From an uncultured Verrucomicrobiota bacterium (lineage in GTDB: Bacteria > Verrucomicrobiota > Verrucomicrobiia > Limisphaerales > SXQI01), in contig CAZMKE010000007.1 of NCBI GenBank assembly GCA_964566945.1, positions 175,743 to 239,742 of the forward strand: a stretch of 64,000 nucleotides of DNA. The letters run 5' to 3'. The notes below the pieces were generated by a model that saw nothing but the letters and a program-made list of their open reading frames with translations, was not told where the DNA came from and made no database searches. Below are positions 51,691 to 61,127 of the stretch, piece by piece (position 1 is the first letter of the stretch; each line of letters starts with the position of its first letter). The translations under genes and the position numbers were made by a program.

Positions 51691-52242
51691 TTACAGACGG
51701 CTCTTGCCGGCTGCTTTGGCTGCTGCCCAGCGTTTGCGGGCGGCTTCGGCGATCGCTTTCCGGCCGGCCGCGCTGATCTTGCGCTTCGCGGGAGCAACCG
51801 GAACGGCCTTGGCTGCCGGAGCGGTTGAGCGCGTAGCTCCTTTGCCGCCGGGGAGGGAGAAACGGCCATCCACGCGAGGGAACCGGGGGCTCTTTCCGTA
51901 AAGGATGACGCCCAGGGAATTCAGCGGGTTGGTGGTGGAGAACTTGTAGCCCCGCTTTTGCACGGCCGCGAGGACTTCTTCCTTGGTTTTCGGTCCGTCC
52001 TGCAGGACGGCGAAAACGTGTTCGCGAAGGGAACCGCCAATGCCGATGGGCTTGCGGCCCGGCTTCACTTTGGCGGCCACAGGAACCGGAGCCGCAGCTG
52101 TCGGCGCTGCTTCGGCCGGAGCCGCCGCGGAGATTTCTCCGAGAGCTTCATTAATTTTGGCCAGCCGCCGGGAGAGCTCGTCTCTTTCCTGGGACAGCTC
52201 GCGGCGGAGGTTTACATATTGTTGCAGAGTGTCGATCTTCAT
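51691..52242 (-). CDS. Hypothetical protein with N-terminal coiled coil and Lys/Ala-rich basic C-terminus (possible DNA-binding)
   Basis: 183-aa ORF with coiled-coil LRRELSQERDELSRRLAKINEAL and a basic tail ISAAGRKAIAEAARKRWAAAKAAGK. Confidence 0.5.
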   Translation of the reverse strand: MKIDTLQQYVNLRRELSQERDELSRRLAKINEALGEISAAAPAEAAPTAAAPVPVAAKVKPGRKPIGIGGSLREHVFAVLQDGPKTKEEVLAAVQKRGYKFSTTNPLNSLGVILYGKSPRFPRVDGRFSLPGGKGATRSTAPAAKAVPVAPAKRKISAAGRKAIAEAARKRWAAAKAAGKSRL

Positions 52243-52389
52243 GCTCGGTCAACTTAGGTCCTTTGAGAATCAACTTCAAGGGGATATTCTAGCCTGAGTT
52301 TTGGCAGCGGGGCTAGGGCTCCTCTGATTTTAGAGGCCGCTAGCCGCAAGGTTAGCTGCGGAATTAGCGTTGGCGGCCCTGGCAATTCC

Positions 52390-54681
52390 CTAATCCCAGC
52401 AGGTCACAACGTCGTCCCGCCGGGAAGGGGGAAATACTTGCAGCCGTGTCAGTTTGCCGTTTTTCACTTCTCCTTCGACCACCGTCCGGCGCGGGGCGTG
52501 GAGCTTGAACTGGCAATCCCAGTCGCGGGGCCAGGCGGGGAGGAGATAAATGTGCGAGTCGTCTGCCTGCAAAAGCATCAATTCCAACGTTTCCATTAGG
52601 TTGCCGCCATGATTCATGTCCGGCAGCCAATCGTAGTTGGGACCCCAGCTTGCGGGAAAGCGGTGGGCGGGATGAGCGTTAGCGCACTTGGCCAAGATGA
52701 TCCGTCTGGCTTCCTCGGTCAGCCCAAGCAGCGCGGCTGCGTTGCCGTCATAACCCCACCCATTGTCCAGTCGTTCTTTGCGGGCGGCATAAGTGTTTCG
52801 TGCTATTTCCAGATCCGGTTTGCCGATCCCGTAAAGGCGGAAGGGCCAGATGGCATAAAGTTCCGGATTCTCGACATTGCTCCGGCGTGGGTCGTACGCG
52901 GCAGCCGGCGCAAGCACCCGGGTTTTGCGGCCTTTGAGCGCGGTTTCCAAGGTCGGGAGGGGCGGGCAGGCTGCCTGCATTCGCGCGGCGAAATCCTTTT
53001 GTTCCGCGCTTAAAAGCGGGTCCGGGAGTGCGCGCAGCCGGCTCAGGACCGCCCGGAGCCCGGATAGGCTGACGATGTCATTGGTGACGCCGGTCTGATA
53101 GGTTTCGATGACCTGCGTGGGGGCGATGATAAGATAACCGGCTTGGTCTCGTCCAAACCGCGTATCGTAATAACGGAGGACGGACAGGGCCATGGGCAGC
53201 AGGCGATCGAGGGCAAACGCCCGGTCTTCGGTCCAATCCCAATAGTCGAACATTAAAGAGGCCAGTTCGAGCCCTTGGGTCCAGATCCGCCCGGTCCAGG
53301 CGCTTTCGACGTCGCCCGGGCGGCGTCCCGCACGATTCCGACCGTAATCGCCCGCGGCGTAGGCCCCAAAAACGGTCATCGTTTCGGGGAAGAAAGCCCC
53401 TTGGGCATTGTACCAGCTCTGGGTTCGCGCTTGGGCCAGTGGAAGCGTCCTCTCATAGAGGCGGAAGAAGGGGTTTAAGAGTTCAAAATCGCCAGAAGAA
53501 AGCAACGGATGGTACATGTGGCGCGTGTTCTGGTACCAGAAGGCGTCGCCCCATTCACGGTAGTCGGGCGAACCTTGTTTTCGGGGATTTGTAATGTGCG
53601 GATCCACCGTGAAAATCCCGCCATTGAATTTGATTGGGAATTCGCCTTTGCCCTGGCAGGCCGTGACATAGCGTTGCAGCGCGTAGGCTTGGGCGACGGG
53701 GACCGGCGCTGGGCGCTGCGCGGTTGAGGGAGGGGGCGCCACCGGAAGGACCCAGGAACGATCCCAGAAGCTTTGCCAGGCTTCCGCGGCCCGAGCGCGC
53801 GCTTTTTCCGGGGCGTCCGCAGAGGCGGCGATGGACCGGGCGGCGTCGATCCAGGCGCCCGCAGTTTCAGTGACCCCCACCACACCGGCGATCCGAAGGT
53901 CGAGAGTTTTCCCGGCCTCTGCGGATTCGAGAGTTTTGGCGTTGCGGCGTTTCAGGTCCGGGCTAGCAACCCAGAGGCCAAAGGTCCGGTTTTTGAGTGG
54001 ATCAAAGACGCCGGGAAGCTGATCGCACGATTGCAATTTGAGCAATTCAGCGGTGACGGTCGTGTCATTTCGATGGTATGAGCCCATCGCCGCCGCATCC
54101 GTTTCCAGGACGGTATCGGGCGTCTCTCTCCAGCCCAGACCGCTCCAGCCACCGGCGGCTGTCGGTTCTGTTCGCCAGATTTCGTTGGTGACGAGGACTC
54201 GGAAAGGTTCCTCGCTCCGGACGCTGACTCGGACCAGCGGTTGGACCGGATCGATAAAGAGCTCCCAGTGCGACGCTCCCAGATCAGCCTCCAGCCGGCC
54301 CTCCCGCAACCGCAAGGTCTGGGTGAAGGCAGATCCCGGCGCCAGGAAGGAGGGGGCGGTGGAGATCCGGAGCCTCCCCAGCTTGAGCAGGTTGGGTGTG
54401 CCGCTGAAGCTATCCGGGCTGGACAGATACATGACCAGATCGCCGTTCGGCTCAAACCAGGCGGAGGCGCCGAGCGCGCCGTTCCCCAGTGGCACCGCGC
54501 CGGAAGCGTCCTTTGACGGACTGGTGAAGGTGACGTTGCAGTTGTCCAATTGCGAGGGCGCGCTGGCGTGAGCGGGCGTAACCAGGCAGATGAGTGCGAG
54601 CAGACACCTGGCGACGCCGCGAGCGGTGGCGAAAGGCGGCCGCGTTGAGGTTTTCGATTTTTTTCCGGGGATTGGATTCAT
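52390..54681 (-). CDS. Secreted large hypothetical protein, glycoside-hydrolase-like
   Basis: Signal peptide CLLALICLVTPAHA and a 763-aa uninterrupted ORF. The central and C-terminal composition suggests an alpha/alpha-barrel hydrolase, but the family is not verified. Start at ATG 54681. Confidence 0.55.
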   Translation of the reverse strand: MNPIPGKKSKTSTRPPFATARGVARCLLALICLVTPAHASAPSQLDNCNVTFTSPSKDASGAVPLGNGALGASAWFEPNGDLVMYLSSPDSFSGTPNLLKLGRLRISTAPSFLAPGSAFTQTLRLREGRLEADLGASHWELFIDPVQPLVRVSVRSEEPFRVLVTNEIWRTEPTAAGGWSGLGWRETPDTVLETDAAAMGSYHRNDTTVTAELLKLQSCDQLPGVFDPLKNRTFGLWVASPDLKRRNAKTLESAEAGKTLDLRIAGVVGVTETAGAWIDAARSIAASADAPEKARARAAEAWQSFWDRSWVLPVAPPPSTAQRPAPVPVAQAYALQRYVTACQGKGEFPIKFNGGIFTVDPHITNPRKQGSPDYREWGDAFWYQNTRHMYHPLLSSGDFELLNPFFRLYERTLPLAQARTQSWYNAQGAFFPETMTVFGAYAAGDYGRNRAGRRPGDVESAWTGRIWTQGLELASLMFDYWDWTEDRAFALDRLLPMALSVLRYYDTRFGRDQAGYLIIAPTQVIETYQTGVTNDIVSLSGLRAVLSRLRALPDPLLSAEQKDFAARMQAACPPLPTLETALKGRKTRVLAPAAAYDPRRSNVENPELYAIWPFRLYGIGKPDLEIARNTYAARKERLDNGWGYDGNAAALLGLTEEARRIILAKCANAHPAHRFPASWGPNYDWLPDMNHGGNLMETLELMLLQADDSHIYLLPAWPRDWDCQFKLHAPRRTVVEGEVKNGKLTRLQVFPPSRRDDVVTCWD

Positions 54682-54838
54682 GGTCGCGCAGAAGCGAGGG
54701 GTGACGTTTGATTTGGCGGCGTGACGGGCATCGCCGTTCTTTGCCAGCAAACCCAATCAATCGAATCCGATCTTACCGGATTTTGCGCGGAAGCGTACGG
54801 CGGTTGGCGTCGTTCAGGGGGGCTTTCGCCCGCTTTGA

Positions 54839-55741
54839 TCAGTTGCGGGAGAGGTTCAAGAGAAATTGGCGGATGATCGCCAAGCGTGCGGCGTCGGAAA
54901 ACCGCGGCCCGCCATGGCCGGCGCCGTGCACCACCTCGAAATGGACGGGCAATCCCGCCGCGGCGTAAGCGCCCTCCAGTTCGTGCGATTGGTTGATCGG
55001 CATTTGCGGGTCTTGATCCCCATGCATCAGCAGGAGGGGAGGGTCCGATTTATCGACGTGAAAGACCGGGCTGGCCAGGCGCGCCAGGTCGCGTTGCTGA
55101 TCCGGTTGACCGCCCAGCAGCAGTTCCAGCGCGGGGATTCGCACGCTCAAACCGTGCGGCGTTGATTGTGCGAGAATCGTGGTGAGATTCGCCGCTCCGT
55201 AGAAGCTCATGATGCCCTGGACCGAGGAACTCTCCTTCAGATTCCCGCCGATCTCTCCCTCCAGTTCCGGGTTGCCGTTGCTCACTCCGACCAGCGCCGC
55301 GAGATGGCCGCCTGCAGAAGCTCCCGCGATGACAATCCGGCTGGCGTCGATCTGCAGCGCTTCGGCGGAAGCGCGCAAAAACCGGATGGCTGCCTTGATG
55401 TCGTGGGCTTGAGCCGGGAAGCGAGCCACGGGAGAAAGGCGATAATCAACGCTGGCGCAAGGCCAGCCTTCATCCGCGAGCGTCCGAAGCGGCATCTCGT
55501 CTTTCGATCCGGCGCGCCATGCGCCTCCGTGGACCCACACGATCAAAGGTCCCTTTTGGACGGGGCTGCGATAAAGATCGAGCCTCAGGACGTTGGTCCC
55601 GACCCGGCCAAATTCGATGTCTTTAACGAGTGTGGCGACCGGTTCGGCAGCAATCAATGGGGCGGCCCAAAGCAGGGCGAGCATGAGCCAGCCGCCCTGC
55701 AAAAGGTCAAATTTCCTGGTTCTGGGGACTTTCTGGGTCAC
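54839..55741 (-). CDS. Secreted alpha/beta hydrolase (carboxylesterase/lipase type)
   Basis: Oxyanion HGGAW in IVWVHGGAW, nucleophile elbow GASAGGHLA, and HGDQD before the catalytic His region. Confidence 0.8.
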   Translation of the reverse strand: MTQKVPRTRKFDLLQGGWLMLALLWAAPLIAAEPVATLVKDIEFGRVGTNVLRLDLYRSPVQKGPLIVWVHGGAWRAGSKDEMPLRTLADEGWPCASVDYRLSPVARFPAQAHDIKAAIRFLRASAEALQIDASRIVIAGASAGGHLAALVGVSNGNPELEGEIGGNLKESSSVQGIMSFYGAANLTTILAQSTPHGLSVRIPALELLLGGQPDQQRDLARLASPVFHVDKSDPPLLLMHGDQDPQMPINQSHELEGAYAAAGLPVHFEVVHGAGHGGPRFSDAARLAIIRQFLLNLSRN

Positions 55742-55797
55742 TGGGCCTTCGTGGGCGCTAAATTGCTTTTCCTACCCTGCTGTGTTTGAGTCTGTCG

Positions 55798-56997
55798 ATG
55801 TTTATCGATGAGATCAAGGTCTTCGCTCGCGCCGGACATGGCGGGAAGGGCTGCGTGGCTTTCCACCGTGAGGCCTTCGTGCCCAAAGGCGGGCCCAGCG
55901 GTGGCAACGGTGGTCGGGGCGGGAGCGTGATTCTCCAGGCGGACCACGATCTGAACAACCTAATCGCTCAGTACTACACCCCCCGTCTGATCGCCCAGGT
56001 GGGCGAAGCAGGCTTGGGTAAGGGAATGGACGGTCACGCGGGCAAAGATCTGATCGTCAAAGTTCCCTGCGGCACTCTGGTTTGGAAATTGAACTCCGGA
56101 ACCTCGGTTGAGCCGCCTGCTCCAGTGGCTGAACCCGAGGACGAAGGCGAGGCGGAAGAGAAAGAGCGGCCGACGTTCAAATCGGCCGGCAGCGCGCGTC
56201 CGGTCATGCGCCGCGCCGGAGGGGAAAAAGCGATCGAGATTGACCTGAAGACGGAGGAGGACGGTCCGGCTCGCGACGACAAGAAAGGCGAGTTGGTGGT
56301 CGACTTGACCGAGCACGGTCAGCAGTTCGTCCTGTGCAAGGGCGGGCGTGGAGGCCTGGGAAACAGGAATTTCGCCACAGCCCGGCGGCAAGCGCCCCGT
56401 TTCGCCCAACCCGGCGAACCGGGTGACGAAGGAGAGTTCCTGTTGGAACTGCGCATCATCGCGGAGGTCGGTTTGGTGGGCTATCCGAACGCCGGCAAAT
56501 CCACTCTGTTGACGGCGATATCCAAGGCGCGGCCGAAGGTCGCGCCGTATCCCTTCACCACTCTGACACCGCAAATCGGCATCGTTGAATACAGCGATTG
56601 GAAGCGGCTCACTGTCTGCGATGTGCCGGGATTGATCGAAGGCGCCCATCGCAACGTCGGGCTCGGCCACGAGTTTCTGCGCCATATCCAGCGCTGCAAG
56701 ATCATCGTTTTGTTGCTCGATATGGCTGGCGTGGACGGGCGAAATCCGTGGGATGATTACAAACAGCTTCTGTCGGAGCTGGAGCTGTACGACCCGGCTC
56801 TCGTGCAGAAGCCGATTTACGTGGTGGCCAATAAGATGGATGAACCTTCGGCTGAGGAGAATCTGAAAAAATTCAAGCGCCGGATCAAAAAAGTGAAGGT
56901 GCTGCCGATTGCCGCCGGGTTTGACGAGGGGATCGATCTTTTCAAAAAGCTGATTCGCGAGGCGGTGGAAGAGGCCGGGAGCGCAGGGGTGAAGTAA
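55798..56997 (+). CDS. obg: GTPase Obg/CgtA
   Basis: MFIDEIKVFARAGHGGKGCVAFHRE..PKGGPSGGNGGRGGSV is the Obg fold. G1 GYPNAGKST, G3 DVPGLIEGA and G4 NKMD are present. Confidence 0.9.
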   Translation: MFIDEIKVFARAGHGGKGCVAFHREAFVPKGGPSGGNGGRGGSVILQADHDLNNLIAQYYTPRLIAQVGEAGLGKGMDGHAGKDLIVKVPCGTLVWKLNSGTSVEPPAPVAEPEDEGEAEEKERPTFKSAGSARPVMRRAGGEKAIEIDLKTEEDGPARDDKKGELVVDLTEHGQQFVLCKGGRGGLGNRNFATARRQAPRFAQPGEPGDEGEFLLELRIIAEVGLVGYPNAGKSTLLTAISKARPKVAPYPFTTLTPQIGIVEYSDWKRLTVCDVPGLIEGAHRNVGLGHEFLRHIQRCKIIVLLLDMAGVDGRNPWDDYKQLLSELELYDPALVQKPIYVVANKMDEPSAEENLKKFKRRIKKVKVLPIAAGFDEGIDLFKKLIREAVEEAGSAGVK

Positions 56998-57141
56998 GAA
57001 TTCGCCCTGGTTGGGGTAGGGAAAAAGAATTAATACGTATAGGTATTATTCTGTTGCCAACCCGCCCGGTCTCATCAATAGTTGCCCGTACAGGAGAACT
57101 TTCGGCCCGACGGCCGGAATTCAACTATTGCTTTCAGGATT

Positions 57142-59472
57142 ATGAAGCTTTCAATTCGAAATGCGGTGGTCCTTGCGTTTCTTGGCTCTTCCCTTTTCTC
57201 ATCTCCCGCGTCTTCGGCCGCCCCCGTGGCAGGCTGGTTGGAATGGCGCGGTCCGGAGCAATCCGGCATTTCCAGGGAGACCGGCTTGCCCGACGAGGTC
57301 GATCCGGCCCACCCGCTTTGGACCGCGGATTTTCCCGGATCTTCAACCGCGGTCGTGGCGAACGGCCACGTCTACATCATCGGTTATGTCGGCGAGGGGG
57401 CGGACTTGCAGGAGGGCATCGCCTGCTTTGATGCCGAAACCGGCAAAGAACTGTGGCGGCATCTCTACAACGATTACCTGAGCGACATCATTTACCAACG
57501 CTATGCCACGTCGAGCGCCGCGGTGGATCCTGAGACCGGAAACGTCTACATGCAGGGGACCCAGGGAACTTTGGCGGCTTTCACTCCGGATGGCAAAGAG
57601 CTTTGGACGATTCCGATGATGGAGCTTTACGGGCGCCTCACATTTCCGAACGGCCGCACCGCCTCCCCGGTGATTGACCAGGACTTGGTGATTACCCGCG
57701 GCATTACAGCCAACTGGGGAGCGAACGGCCCCGCGGGCGATCGCGTTTACGCGTTCGATAAGCGGACCGGCGAACTGGTGTGGGCGAGCGGAGATGGCCA
57801 GCGTCCGATGGACAGCTGCTTTGCCCGCCCTTACCTCACCTTTCTGGACGGCAAGCGCGTGTTCATTACCAGCACGGGCGATGGCAGCATTTTCTGCGGC
57901 AACGCCAGAACGGGCGATCCGCTTTGGGTCATACCGATCGCAAAAGCGGGCATCAACCCCTCGGTGCTGGTGCACAACAATGACAAAGTGATCGCCATTT
58001 ATGGAACGCCTTACGAACCGGGCCAGCTGATTGCGCTGAAGATTCCGCATGTGCGGCCAACAAACAACCTGCCGGTGGTGGTGGAGCGGAGCCAGGTGGA
58101 ATTGTGGAACAATCCGCTCTCGACCTCGGCCAGTTCCCCGATTCTCGTGGGTGACCGAATCTACGTGGTGAGTGAAAAAGGAAACCTTTGCTCAGTCGAC
58201 GTCAATACGGGCCAGATCGTGTGGCAGATGGCGATTGGAATCGAGCAGCGTAATTCCTGCCCGCTCTATGCGGATGGCAAGCTCTACGTGCCGATGCTCG
58301 ACGACCCGAAAACCAAGGCGGAATCTGGCGAGACCGGGACGAAAGGAGCTTTCTATATCATTCGCCCGGGGCCGGACAAAGGAGAGATTCTGTCGCACGT
58401 GGCGCTGGATGGTAATTGCCAGGGCACGCCGACCGCCTACAACGGCAAGGTCTACATGCAGACCAAGAAGAAGCTCTATTGCTTCGGCAAGAAGGGCAAC
58501 AATCCGGGCGCGCCCAAGCCGTCTGCTGAAGCGTGGCCGAAGCCGGGCCCTGCTGCTCAATTGCAGATCATTCCTTCCGAGGTGCTTTTGATGGCCGGGG
58601 AGAGCCGTTCGGTGCGCGTCCGCTCGCTCGACGCCAACGGCTTTGTGGTGCAGGAGAACATCGATCCGAAAACGGTGAAATTTGAAAGCTACATCCCCCC
58701 GACCGCGCGCGTGCGGGCTGCCATGAAGGCGAAGTTCCAGGGGGAGAAGATCGTGGCGGATTCGGATTCTGTCGGATCCGCGGGCGCGTTCCAGGCCACG
58801 CTCGGCGGGCTCAAGGGCGTGATGCGCGGGCGCGTGATGCCGGCACTCCCGCTGAAAGAAGATTTTGAAGAGTTTAAGCTCTCGGAGACGACCACGAATA
58901 CGGTCGAGCAGCCGACGCCCTTCGCCTATCCGCCTCTGCCGTGGATCGGCGCTCGCTTCAAGTTTGATGTGCGGGAGAAGGATGGCAACAAGGCGCTCGT
59001 GAAGACGATCGACAACCGCTTTTTCCAGCGAGCGACGATGTTCATCGGGCCGCCGGACCTGAGCAACTACACCATCGAAGCGGATGTGATGAGCGAAGGC
59101 TCGAAGCGCAAGATGTCGGAGGTGGGCTTGATCTGTCAGCGCTATATGATCGTGCTGAAGGGCAATGACCAGAAGTTGGAGGTGAGTTCAAATTTTGAAC
59201 GGCTGCGCGTTCCGGCCCAGAATGAACCCTCCAATTTTAAATGGAGCCCAAACATTTGGTATCACCTCAAAGCCCGGGTGGACTACCAGCCGGACGGGAG
59301 CGGGATTGTCCGGGCGAAAGCCTGGAAGAAAGGCGAGCCCGAACCGGATGGCTGGTTAATGGAGGTGCCCCACAAAACGGCGCATAAACAGGGGGCTCCC
59401 GGCTTGTTTGGTTTCGCGCCGCAGGATATGCGCGTCTACATTGATAACGTGCTGGTGACAAAGAACAATTAA
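57142..59472 (+). CDS. Secreted PQQ-like beta-propeller repeat protein with C-terminal LamG/DUF1080-like domain
   Basis: Signal peptide. WLEWRGPEQSG plus repeated propeller blades (GHVYIIG, GNVYMQG, GKLYVP, GKVYMQ). The C-terminal jelly-roll-like region ends VYIDNVLV. Confidence 0.8.
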   Translation: MKLSIRNAVVLAFLGSSLFSSPASSAAPVAGWLEWRGPEQSGISRETGLPDEVDPAHPLWTADFPGSSTAVVANGHVYIIGYVGEGADLQEGIACFDAETGKELWRHLYNDYLSDIIYQRYATSSAAVDPETGNVYMQGTQGTLAAFTPDGKELWTIPMMELYGRLTFPNGRTASPVIDQDLVITRGITANWGANGPAGDRVYAFDKRTGELVWASGDGQRPMDSCFARPYLTFLDGKRVFITSTGDGSIFCGNARTGDPLWVIPIAKAGINPSVLVHNNDKVIAIYGTPYEPGQLIALKIPHVRPTNNLPVVVERSQVELWNNPLSTSASSPILVGDRIYVVSEKGNLCSVDVNTGQIVWQMAIGIEQRNSCPLYADGKLYVPMLDDPKTKAESGETGTKGAFYIIRPGPDKGEILSHVALDGNCQGTPTAYNGKVYMQTKKKLYCFGKKGNNPGAPKPSAEAWPKPGPAAQLQIIPSEVLLMAGESRSVRVRSLDANGFVVQENIDPKTVKFESYIPPTARVRAAMKAKFQGEKIVADSDSVGSAGAFQATLGGLKGVMRGRVMPALPLKEDFEEFKLSETTTNTVEQPTPFAYPPLPWIGARFKFDVREKDGNKALVKTIDNRFFQRATMFIGPPDLSNYTIEADVMSEGSKRKMSEVGLICQRYMIVLKGNDQKLEVSSNFERLRVPAQNEPSNFKWSPNIWYHLKARVDYQPDGSGIVRAKAWKKGEPEPDGWLMEVPHKTAHKQGAPGLFGFAPQDMRVYIDNVLVTKNN

Positions 59473-59481
59473 GAGCGAGTC

Positions 59482-61068
59482 ATGAAAAGAGTTGCGATTA
59501 CTGCCGGTTTATTGAGTGCGTTTGTCCTGGCCGGGACTTCATTGGGCGAGGACTGGCCCCAGTGGGGCGGGCGTCCCACCCGCAACATGTATTCCGCGGA
59601 GAAGGGCCTGCCGGACCGGTTTGATCCGGGCAAACCGAAGAAAGGGACGGAGGAGATTGATCCCAGCACGACGAAGAATGTGAAGTGGGTGGCGAAGCTG
59701 GGTTCGCAGAGCTACGGCAACGTGACGATCGCCGGGGGCAAAGTGTTTGTCGGAACGAATAACGATTCCCCTCGCAATTCACGGGACGAAGGCGATCGAA
59801 GCATCCTGATGGTGTTCGATGAAGCCACCGGCAAGTTCCTCTGGCAGCTTGTTGTGCCGAAACTCGCCTCGGGCAAGGTGAATGACTGGGAAAATCTCGG
59901 CTTGCTCTCTTCTCCCACGGTTGAGGGAGATCGCGTCTACCTGGTGACCAGCCGATGCGAAGTGATCTGCCTTGACGTGAACGGAATGGCCAACGGCAAC
60001 CAGGGTTTTCAGGATGAAGCCCAGTATTTCGCCGGGCCGGGCAAGCCGAAAGTAAAAGTCGGAGAGACCGACGCGGATATCATCTGGGTCTATGACATGA
60101 TCAATGAGTTGGGCGTGTTTCCGCATAACGCTTCGAACTGTTCCGTCCTGCTGGTCGGCGATATTCTTTACACCTGCACCTCCAATGGACAGGACTGGAC
60201 CCACTCGAACATCCCGTCGCCCCTTTCTCCGAGCTTTATCGCCTTGAACAAAAACACCGGGGAATTCCTCGGAGAAGATGAGGCGAAGATCGGCCAGCGC
60301 ATTTTCCACGGGCAATGGAGTTCACCTTCCACCGGCGTGGTCAACGGCCGGCCCCTGGTTTTCTTCGGCGGCGGTGACGGTTTCTGCTATGCCTTCGATC
60401 CGAAGCCGGTCAAGAGTGACGACACCAGCCTGCTGAAGAAGGTTTGGTGGTACGACGGCAATCCGCCGGAATATCGCGTCAAGGACGGGAAGCCAGTCCG
60501 CTATCCCTCGGCTGAAGGCCCCAGCGAAATCAACGCTACGCCTGTCTTGTGGAAGAATCGCGTTTATGTCGCCATTGGCCAGGATCCGGAGCACGGCGAA
60601 GGCATCGGCAACTTGAACTGCATCGATGCGACGAAGGAAGGCGACGTGACCAAAACCGCCAAAATCTGGAACTTTTCCAAGATCAACCGCAGCATTTCCA
60701 CTGTCTCGATCACCCCGGATGGCCTGTTGTTCATCGGTGATTTTTCCGGCTTCGTTTATTGCTTGAACGCGGACACGGGTGAACTTTATTGGACCTACGA
60801 CATGAAGGCCCATATGTGGGGTTCGACCATGGTTGCGGATGGCAAGGTTTATGTCGGGGACGAAGACGGCGATCTGGTCGTGCTCGCGGCGGACAAGACC
60901 AAGAAAGTCATCAGCGAGGCCAACCTCGGCGCGCCGGTTTACTCCACGCCGGTCATCGCCAATGGGGTCCTTTATATTTCCAGTAATACGCACCTCTATG
61001 CGTTTTACGACGAGGCCCGCGCGAAAGCGGTCGGTGACCAGCCGAAGCGCATCGACCTCAAAAAATAA
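59482..61068 (+). CDS. Secreted PQQ-like beta-propeller repeat protein
   Basis: Signal peptide. DWPQWGGRPTRN plus blades GGKVFVGT, GDRVYLVT, NRVYVAIG, GLLFIGD, GKVYVGD and GVLYISS. Confidence 0.85.
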   Translation: MKRVAITAGLLSAFVLAGTSLGEDWPQWGGRPTRNMYSAEKGLPDRFDPGKPKKGTEEIDPSTTKNVKWVAKLGSQSYGNVTIAGGKVFVGTNNDSPRNSRDEGDRSILMVFDEATGKFLWQLVVPKLASGKVNDWENLGLLSSPTVEGDRVYLVTSRCEVICLDVNGMANGNQGFQDEAQYFAGPGKPKVKVGETDADIIWVYDMINELGVFPHNASNCSVLLVGDILYTCTSNGQDWTHSNIPSPLSPSFIALNKNTGEFLGEDEAKIGQRIFHGQWSSPSTGVVNGRPLVFFGGGDGFCYAFDPKPVKSDDTSLLKKVWWYDGNPPEYRVKDGKPVRYPSAEGPSEINATPVLWKNRVYVAIGQDPEHGEGIGNLNCIDATKEGDVTKTAKIWNFSKINRSISTVSITPDGLLFIGDFSGFVYCLNADTGELYWTYDMKAHMWGSTMVADGKVYVGDEDGDLVVLAADKTKKVISEANLGAPVYSTPVIANGVLYISSNTHLYAFYDEARAKAVGDQPKRIDLKK

Positions 61069-61094
61069 ACCCGAAACCCAAAAAGAATGCTGAC

Positions 61095-61114
61095 GGCGCT
61101 CAGAGATGAGCGCC
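61095..61114 (+). terminator. Possible terminator hairpin after the second PQQ-like gene (weak)
   Basis: GGCGCTCA (61095-61102), GAGA loop, TGAGCGCC (61107-61114). The T-run (ATTTT) begins only 8 nt later, so this is a weak intrinsic terminator at best. Confidence 0.35.
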
Positions 61115-61127
61115 CATAGAAATTTTC

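Noticed and set aside
52243-52389. Imperfect hairpin CCGC(T)AGC...GCTGCGG in the 147-bp intergenic region, considered as a possible terminator or RNA element.
   Set aside because: The stem is bulged with a 10-nt loop and there is no U-tract. This is not strong enough to call.
56998-57141. AT-rich patch with short inverted repeat AATAC-N6-GTATT upstream of the first PQQ-like gene, considered as a possible operator or riboswitch.
   Set aside because: The arms are only 5 bp and there is no second copy or recognisable riboswitch core. It is probably just promoter-region AT-richness.
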